64,000 nucleotides of DNA from a virus. Taxonomy: Duplodnaviria > Caudoviricetes. The DNA is taken from positions 9,891 to 73,890 of IMG/VR virus record IMGVR_UViG_3300001335_000125. One strand, written 5' to 3'. Made by a program: the position numbers and the translations under genes. Shown here in pieces: positions 58,131 through 64,000 of this stretch. The notes below the pieces were generated by a model. The model was not told where the DNA came from. It saw only the letters and a list, made by a program, of their open reading frames with translations, and did not search any database. The stretch's first letter is position 1. Every line of letters begins with the position of its first letter.

Positions 58131-58404
58131 TATCCTTTCTCGTTCCTTTAATAATTATATCAATTGTACTTACATTTCTATCTTCAAATCCTTCACTTCC
58201 TATGATAACATCATACTCTGGATTTACAAGATACTGTCTTACAAGAATTGCTGCAACATCAATAGCACGTTTTATATTATTTCCTCGTGAAGTCAAAACG
58301 ATTTTATCAGACTTCCCCAATGCAAATAAACTTGCAGAGATATAGTTTTTAATCTCTTTACTACCTATGAATACACGTTCTTCACTGCCTTCGAGTTTCA
58401 TCAT
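58117..58404 (-). CDS. alba: Alba DNA/RNA-binding protein
   Basis: VFIGSKEIKNYI..IVLTSRGNNIKRAIDVAAI..IGSE..RNVSTIDI. Confidence 0.88.
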   Translation of the reverse strand: MMKLEGSEERVFIGSKEIKNYISASLFALGKSDKIVLTSRGNNIKRAIDVAAILVRQYLVNPEYDVIIGSEGFEDRNVSTIDIIIKGTRKDNGES

Positions 58405-58432
58405 ACTCTCTCCTTAATTATACATATATACA

Positions 58433-61400
58433 TTATATTTTATAGATTTTATAAGATTGCTTTGATGAAATTAAGTCCTTCACCTTGGAGTAATCTATAA
58501 AACCACTTGATTCAAATGTTTGAATTGCAAATGATAATGAGTCTGCACAATTATGGACTATCATACCATCAGCTATAAAACTATTATCATTTTCAATTGT
58601 TAAGTCGTATACATCCCCTTCGTAGTGATATTCATCAACTCCAATACTGTGTCCACCAAATTCATTTGTTCCTATTTCTTTTAAAGAGCATTGGTGAGTT
58701 CGTTTATATTTTATCGATACTGTATATACATCTTTACACTCAATATCATATCTATATACTTTTCTCTTATTAATTACTGCATACCACCCACGACTTAAAG
58801 CTATATCTCTCATAGATAGTGCTAATTTCTTACTAGTACTTTGACCATAGATATCATATATTTTTCTATTTGTTAATGTCCATCCATCTCCATCAAGCCA
58901 TCCATCTAGAGTATATTGTAAATCTTTACCAAGATGGTAATGATATGGTGGTAATTGCTTTTCTTTATCTTCATCATAACAGTCCTTAAATAAATTCCAA
59001 TATAATTTATTATTAATTCTAATGACTTTACAATGATTATCTTTATAGTGACTAATATATGAATTTATATTTCTGTCAGAGAAATAACTAATAACTTTAT
59101 TTATTAACTTTTCTTCAGTTTCATTAAAGGAAAAATTAAATTCATAATTTAAATTCCCTTGTCTATTTCTCCCATTACTACAATGACCCTCTGCAAGAAA
59201 CAATCCAAGTATATATGCAAAATCTTTATCTAATGTTATGGATTTGTAACTGGTATTATCACTCTTTTCTTTTATATAGTAATCTTCTTCATATAAAGTG
59301 TAGTTTTCATTTTCATTATATGATTCTATTGGTATAATATTTCTATATGTTTTGTGCCATTTGCTAGATTCTGTAAATTGCCTTTTTGTATCTTCTTTTA
59401 GGGGAACTTTACTATTTCCATAGGAGTGAGATGATGTATATATCTTATGATCTTCACTCAACTCTAAATTTAGTTGACCAACAAAGTTTCTTTTATGAAA
59501 TGTTCCATTGAATGGTTTTTTAATAGTTCTTATTACTGGTTGATATCTATGTTTGTGAGTATATACTAAATCACCTACTTGAACATCCTTTATTTTCTTA
59601 TATCCTTCTAAAGTTTTTACTAATGTATCCTCCCTAAAACAATCATCATGTCTACCTCGAGGATATATCATTAATTCATCTCGAAGATGAACAAACGCTG
59701 GATTCATATAGACTCTATTGGTTTCAAATAAAAGAGACATTCTGTCCATACGAGTATCTCTATCATTTACAATGGATGATTTTATTGGAATAATAGGTAA
59801 TTGGGGGTTACTTTGTATAATATCGTCAACAATGATTTTCTGTTGGGCTGAGGCCTCTAGCCCGATTCTCGATGGATGCCATTTCTCATCCATTGCTTTT
59901 ATAATTTCTAGTTGTCTATGTAGGGATGTGTGGGTTCTATAGTTATCGAGGATATAGATATCCCCCATTTCATCTACACCTACTACTGATAATGCAAAGT
60001 AATCGGATGTGGTATCTTCTCCACCGAAATCAACTCCCATGAAGAGTTTAAGATTTGTAGGAAGAATACCATCTAGTCTTATAAATTTATTGATTGAGTT
60101 TTCTAACCACTCTGGTTTGAATTTGGATATACCTGTGGATATTATCTCATTCTGGTATTGCATTTGGAAATGGAGTTCGCCTTGATGTTCCCTTACAAAT
60201 TTTAGGGTTAGTGCATCTTCAGGAATAAGTGGTTTACTTTCTTCCTTAAGTTTTATATTAAGCTCTTTAATCATCTCAACATCCCATGGAAGATGTGTAG
60301 GCCAAAGAACTTCTGCTTTCTTATTGGGTTCCTCTACAGGATCTATTAGTAGTGCTTTATATTTCATAAAGGTAAATCCTGCTTTGTTTCCAAGATACGA
60401 ATGAATATCATCTTCATGCCATTTTGTGTTATGAACAACCAATCCTTCTACAATGAAATTTTCATTATCTTCAATACTTAAATCAAATACTTCTTGTTTT
60501 CCAATTAAGGTTTTTGATTTTACCCTTTCAAATCCAAAGTCTTTATGTAGATTTACTTTACCTAATACACTATTATATCTTTTATCTTTGTTTCTATATG
60601 GAGTAAAACTAACTGCTGTATGATAGAAAGTATGATATTCGGCTGTTTTTGAGTTTGGTGCTTTAATCTTTCTTGTCCTAGTATACATAGGAGTTGATAT
60701 TAATCCTGTTATCTTACATAACCTTTTAATATCTTTTATTAAATTTTCAGAGACAGTCTCAATTGCATATCTATCAATCCCTGTTTTAGTCCCATCTGCA
60801 TCTAATAATCCTCTTAAGAACTCCTTTCTATATTCTATTGGTTGTGTGAAAACCCAAGACGGAATATCTTTATTTTTTGCACCAACATTTAAATTACACT
60901 TCTTCAAAGTTCTTCCAAATTCATTACGATAATATATACATTCACTTTCAGTTTCTTTAGATGGATTATAACCAAAGATATCATAGATTAGTTTCTTAGC
61001 CTTATTATTTAAATCTTCGTATATTCCCTTAGAGAATGTAACTATATATCTCATACTTCCTTGTTTATTCGGATGTTCAGTTACCCAACCATCTCCAGTT
61101 AGAAATCCAAATAACCACATATATTCTGGAGTTATATTCTTAAATGGAAGATTATTTAAGATATCTATTGAATTGTTACTTTCTTTAATTTCTTTTGGGC
61201 ACACTACAAAGTCATTCTTAGTTAAATTGATTAATTTCTTATATCCCAAACATCTTTCATCTTTATCCCAAACAAGAAAAGGATGATCATATGTAGCTCT
61301 TGTAATAGTATTTGATGTTCTTAATTCGTAAACCTCCTTTTTTCCTTGAGGTATTGATGCTATAACTTTCTTTTTTTCTAATCCATTAGAATTATAAGAA

Positions 61401-62515
61401 TAAACATATTCATTTGGCAGTACTTCATTTATATATTTATAAGTATTATCTGCCATTAGTACCTTTTCTGTCATAGGAATACACCCTATATTTATGAGAT
61501 TAGTATTAGACAGAAAAGTACCAACTAAAGAACCGTTATACCAATCCTCAAGCTCTTTACGTTGGTGTTCTGTTTTGGAATTATTGTTATCTGTTATATC
61601 ATCTAAGATGATAAGATCATAGTGAGCTGAAATGATTTTTGATGTTACCCCCAACACTTTTAATGTTGGTTCGTTATAGAATGTTTGATTATCATCAAAT
61701 GTCTTTACTCTTATTTGGTCACGAGACCAGTTTGAGAATCCTTTAAATTCTCCATATAGATTTATAAGTTTCTTATTCTTTGACAAATGTTCTTGAACAA
61801 ATGTCATCATACTGTTGGCTTTATCTTGGTTAATTGTCACTATAAGAATCCGTATATTACGATTCTTACAGATACGCCATAAGATGTAAGACCCAACTGC
61901 AGTTGTATTATGAGAAACAATACCATCTACTATATGATTATGGTATTTTTCTACTTCTATACCATATGTTTGTTGTTCTCCTACATACTCTATAGACTTA
62001 ATCCAGTCCCATCTGATAGAGTTACTACACAATCTTTTTAAATCATCACTTTTAGGAACAACAATTCTATCACCAACAGATAATCCATCGTCTATAGATA
62101 TCCACTCTTCTCCATTATAAAATGGATGATTAGACGTAACTGTTGTAGATTTATCAGAGTTAAGGGTTATTTTATATGTTGGTTTTATTCCATTATTAAT
62201 TGTGTTTGTTATTGTAGATGTTTTAAATGTATTATCTATCTCATCTATACAAATAACTTTATCACCAACTTTACAATCTTCAATTTTGGTAAAGGATCCA
62301 TCTTCCATAGTGACAAGCGAACCTGTCTGAAAGCATTTTCCATGACCTCTGGGAGCCAAGAGACACACAAATCTATTGTCTTCAAATGCCCCTAACCATT
62401 CTTGATGGAATGGTTCACAATCAAGTCCTAAGAGGTCTGTCATGAAAGCAACCGGGTCATTGGAGTATTTTAGAATTTCAATTTGTTGTTTTCCGAGTTC
62501 TTGCAATAATGTCAT
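58433..62515 (-). CDS. terL: terminase large subunit with three inteins; spliced product about 501 aa
   Basis: Walker A APRGHGK|TT, Walker B LIILDD, IG|TKWH, GVDFG, HDD|CADS. Confidence 0.93.
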   Translation of the reverse strand: MTLLQELGKQQIEILKYSNDPVAFMTDLLGLDCEPFHQEWLGAFEDNRFVCLLAPRGHGKCFQTGSLVTMEDGSFTKIEDCKVGDKVICIDEIDNTFKTSTITNTINNGIKPTYKITLNSDKSTTVTSNHPFYNGEEWISIDDGLSVGDRIVVPKSDDLKRLCSNSIRWDWIKSIEYVGEQQTYGIEVEKYHNHIVDGIVSHNTTAVGSYILWRICKNRNIRILIVTINQDKANSMMTFVQEHLSKNKKLINLYGEFKGFSNWSRDQIRVKTFDDNQTFYNEPTLKVLGVTSKIISAHYDLIILDDITDNNNSKTEHQRKELEDWYNGSLVGTFLSNTNLINIGCIPMTEKVLMADNTYKYINEVLPNEYVYSYNSNGLEKKKVIASIPQGKKEVYELRTSNTITRATYDHPFLVWDKDERCLGYKKLINLTKNDFVVCPKEIKESNNSIDILNNLPFKNITPEYMWLFGFLTGDGWVTEHPNKQGSMRYIVTFSKGIYEDLNNKAKKLIYDIFGYNPSKETESECIYYRNEFGRTLKKCNLNVGAKNKDIPSWVFTQPIEYRKEFLRGLLDADGTKTGIDRYAIETVSENLIKDIKRLCKITGLISTPMYTRTRKIKAPNSKTAEYHTFYHTAVSFTPYRNKDKRYNSVLGKVNLHKDFGFERVKSKTLIGKQEVFDLSIEDNENFIVEGLVVHNTKWHEDDIHSYLGNKAGFTFMKYKALLIDPVEEPNKKAEVLWPTHLPWDVEMIKELNIKLKEESKPLIPEDALTLKFVREHQGELHFQMQYQNEIISTGISKFKPEWLENSINKFIRLDGILPTNLKLFMGVDFGGEDTTSDYFALSVVGVDEMGDIYILDNYRTHTSLHRQLEIIKAMDEKWHPSRIGLEASAQQKIIVDDIIQSNPQLPIIPIKSSIVNDRDTRMDRMSLLFETNRVYMNPAFVHLRDELMIYPRGRHDDCFREDTLVKTLEGYKKIKDVQVGDLVYTHKHRYQPVIRTIKKPFNGTFHKRNFVGQLNLELSEDHKIYTSSHSYGNSKVPLKEDTKRQFTESSKWHKTYRNIIPIESYNENENYTLYEEDYYIKEKSDNTSYKSITLDKDFAYILGLFLAEGHCSNGRNRQGNLNYEFNFSFNETEEKLINKVISYFSDRNINSYISHYKDNHCKVIRINNKLYWNLFKDCYDEDKEKQLPPYHYHLGKDLQYTLDGWLDGDGWTLTNRKIYDIYGQSTSKKLALSMRDIALSRGWYAVINKRKVYRYDIECKDVYTVSIKYKRTHQCSLKEIGTNEFGGHSIGVDEYHYEGDVYDLTIENDNSFIADGMIVHNCADSLSFAIQTFESSGFIDYSKVKDLISSKQSYKIYKI
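58550..59641 (-). mobile_element. intein TerL-3 (364 aa) with LAGLIDADG endonuclease
   Basis: CFREDTLVK ... GMIVHN followed by Cys; LGLFLAEG and GWLDGDG blocks. Confidence 0.9.
60428..61483 (-). mobile_element. intein TerL-2 (352 aa) with LAGLIDADG endonuclease
   Basis: CIPMTEKVL ... GLVVHN followed by Thr; FGFLTGDG and GLLDADG blocks. Confidence 0.92.
61907..62335 (-). mobile_element. mini-intein TerL-1 (143 aa) in Walker A
   Basis: CFQTGSLVT..TSNHPF..GIVSHN followed by Thr; no endonuclease domain. Confidence 0.92.
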
Positions 62516-62576
62516 AATCTAAAGAAATACAGAGGAGATTTTTCTATCTCCTTCTGATAACAGAGGTTTAGAGAGT

Positions 62577-62756
62577 TTATTCAAACTTATCTTTAAAAGC
62601 TCCAACCATAACGCCAAGGAATAAACCAATTTCTGGTAATGCGGGAATCATAGAGAATATTTGAGTTGAATCAAGAATGATTGCAAGTAAATATCCTACT
62701 ATACCACCGAATATTCCATAGGCAAGCTTGGAACCAATATCCTTCGTTGTTGCCAT
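62577..62756 (-). CDS. 59-aa membrane protein with two TM segments (not in the ORF track)
   Basis: MATTKDIGSKLAYGIFGGIVGYLLAIIL...IGLFLGVMVGAFKDKFE; GAGG RBS. Confidence 0.6.
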   Translation of the reverse strand: MATTKDIGSKLAYGIFGGIVGYLLAIILDSTQIFSMIPALPEIGLFLGVMVGAFKDKFE

Positions 62757-62832
62757 AACAAAACCTCTTATTTAAAAACATTAAACTGAACATACAATGA
62801 TTAGCACCGTAGTTGTTACTACATTATTCTGT

Positions 62833-63045
62833 TTATGTTGCTGAATCGTTCCAGTGTTTCCATGTGTTTTCTAGTGCCACTAATACTGCTATAATAATCG
62901 GCACATAGAATAAAAGTTCTTGAGGCCAATCAAAGTCTTGTACATAGGATATCGTAAATGGTAGTATAATACCTATAAATGCAGTTAGCCATCCATAGGC
63001 AAATTTCTTAAGTGTTATGATTGGATTGTATCCATCTCCTGGCAT
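62833..63045 (-). CDS. holin-like membrane protein with two TM segments
   Basis: FAYGWLTAFIGIILPF and YVPIIIAVLVALENTWKH. Confidence 0.6.
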   Translation of the reverse strand: MPGDGYNPIITLKKFAYGWLTAFIGIILPFTISYVQDFDWPQELLFYVPIIIAVLVALENTWKHWNDSAT

Positions 63046-63046
63046 T

Positions 63047-63601
63047 CTATTCCTCCTTTTCGTTTTCTAATACCATATCTACTATTTTAGATCTACATGT
63101 TGGACATAGTTTATCTGAGAGTTGTATAAACATATTATTAATTTTTGTAAGATTGAGTGTTTGTGCCTTTTCTCGTGGTTTGAATTCGTTAATACCCCAC
63201 TGAATGAGATCTATCCAGTTTTTCTTTTGTTGATCCAAAGCTGCTAATGTATCTCGTGCTGCTTTAATTGTCTTAAAGTCATCTCCTTCTGTAATAATGT
63301 TCTTTAACGATTTCTTCATAATTAAATAGATTTCTTGAGTTTCATCTTCAAGATCGTCCATTTTATTACGAAAATCAACTCTCAGGTCTTCCCATAAATC
63401 CTCACCATTATCTATTTTTTCTGTCATCGTACCGACTTTATTGCTATCTAAAAATCTCTTAATAGACATAAAGCTAACCGAAACATCTTTGTGGTTTCGA
63501 TTTACAGCTTCTGCTATTTCACCATATCCTAGTCCAGAATCTCGTAAGTGTAATACTTCATCTTCTAATCCGTGCTTAATTATCTTATTTACTTTACTCA
63601 T
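63047..63601 (-). CDS. HTH/coiled-coil protein, candidate terminase small subunit
   Basis: LRDSGLGYGEIAEAV HTH, helical C-terminus; first gene of the operon upstream of terL. Confidence 0.5.
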   Translation of the reverse strand: MSKVNKIIKHGLEDEVLHLRDSGLGYGEIAEAVNRNHKDVSVSFMSIKRFLDSNKVGTMTEKIDNGEDLWEDLRVDFRNKMDDLEDETQEIYLIMKKSLKNIITEGDDFKTIKAARDTLAALDQQKKNWIDLIQWGINEFKPREKAQTLNLTKINNMFIQLSDKLCPTCRSKIVDMVLENEKEE

Positions 63602-63739
63602 AATATTTACCTCTATATGGATATTATAAATGCCCTCCCTGTCCCGTCATGCTTGACACTCCTATTGTATATAATATCAAATATATATATTACGGAACCG
63701 TGTTTTTTGTCCTATCTACATCCAACAGGAGGGACCAAC

Positions 63740-63754
63740 CGAAACCTTTATATA
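63740..63754 (+). promoter_or_regulatory. archaeal-type BRE-TATA element
   Basis: CGAAACC-TTTATATA in the non-coding end of the window. Confidence 0.45.
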
Positions 63755-64000
63755 GGGGGAGCTACCAAAGGTATAGGAAAATGGGGGTAAAATAGGGTAT
63801 TTTCCAATAGTAAATAGGGGTGAGGCGACTAGAGAAGAAGGTGTTCAAATCTCTTAGCGTTAAGATATAATTTTGTAACTAAGTTAGAGTATTCTAATTG
63901 ATTGGCTCAAGATTGGCGTATGCTTATGTTTATATACTAATATCATATTCTTATTATTGTCCTAATATGAAAGGATAGGAATATGATAATATGAAAGACA

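Noticed and set aside
63654-63676. TTGACA...TATAAT bacterial sigma70-like promoter
   Set aside because: The spacer is about 11 bp rather than 16-18, and such hexamers are expected by chance in AT-rich DNA.
1066-63790. Numerous short antisense or nested ORFs in the six-frame track (e.g. 1066..1524, 27934..28410, 44635..44958, 55780..56025, 63572..63790)
   Set aside because: They lie opposite well-supported genes, are Ser/Leu/Ile/Phe-rich shadows of the sense codon bias, and lack RBS or motifs.
1-64000. CRISPR arrays, tRNA or rRNA genes, integrase
   Set aside because: None seen by eye: no regularly spaced repeats and no cloverleaf or rRNA-like GC-rich tracts. A tRNAscan/Infernal run would be needed to exclude them fully.

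Overview
The window is about 64 kb of an AT-rich tailed dsDNA virus (Caudoviricetes, siphovirus-like), most likely archaeal. Host evidence: an Alba chromatin-protein gene, an archaeal-type RHH protein ending RLRALGYLD, and a BRE-TATA element. It has two convergent arms. The + arm (1-16.8 kb) holds small early-type genes, glutaredoxin, anaerobic RNR (NrdD with 2 inteins, plus NrdG), Hsp20 and a 9-kb glycan-biosynthesis island (nucleotidyltransferase, epimerase, GT8/GT4/GT2, NeuB-like, cupins, radical SAM, methyltransferase, phosphatase, UDP-sugar dehydrogenase). The - arm (17-63.6 kb) is the full virion module: TerL with 3 inteins, Alba, portal with an atypical Ile1 intein, two protease-like genes (one with an intein), four decoration paralogs, HK97-fold MCP, neck, two tail-tube paralogs, a tail chaperone with a UCC_UUU_CGU +1 frameshift motif, fibres, tape measure, hub and receptor-binding candidates. 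Other notable features are a chimeric ThDP-enzyme/NeuB ORF, a 43-bp GC-rich intergenic repeat family with an adjacent G-quadruplex motif, three proteins sharing a C-terminal module under different N-terminal heads, a fibre gene split over three frames, and decayed homing-endonuclease mini-ORFs that keep translational coupling. All assignments come from motif recognition by eye; no database searches were run.
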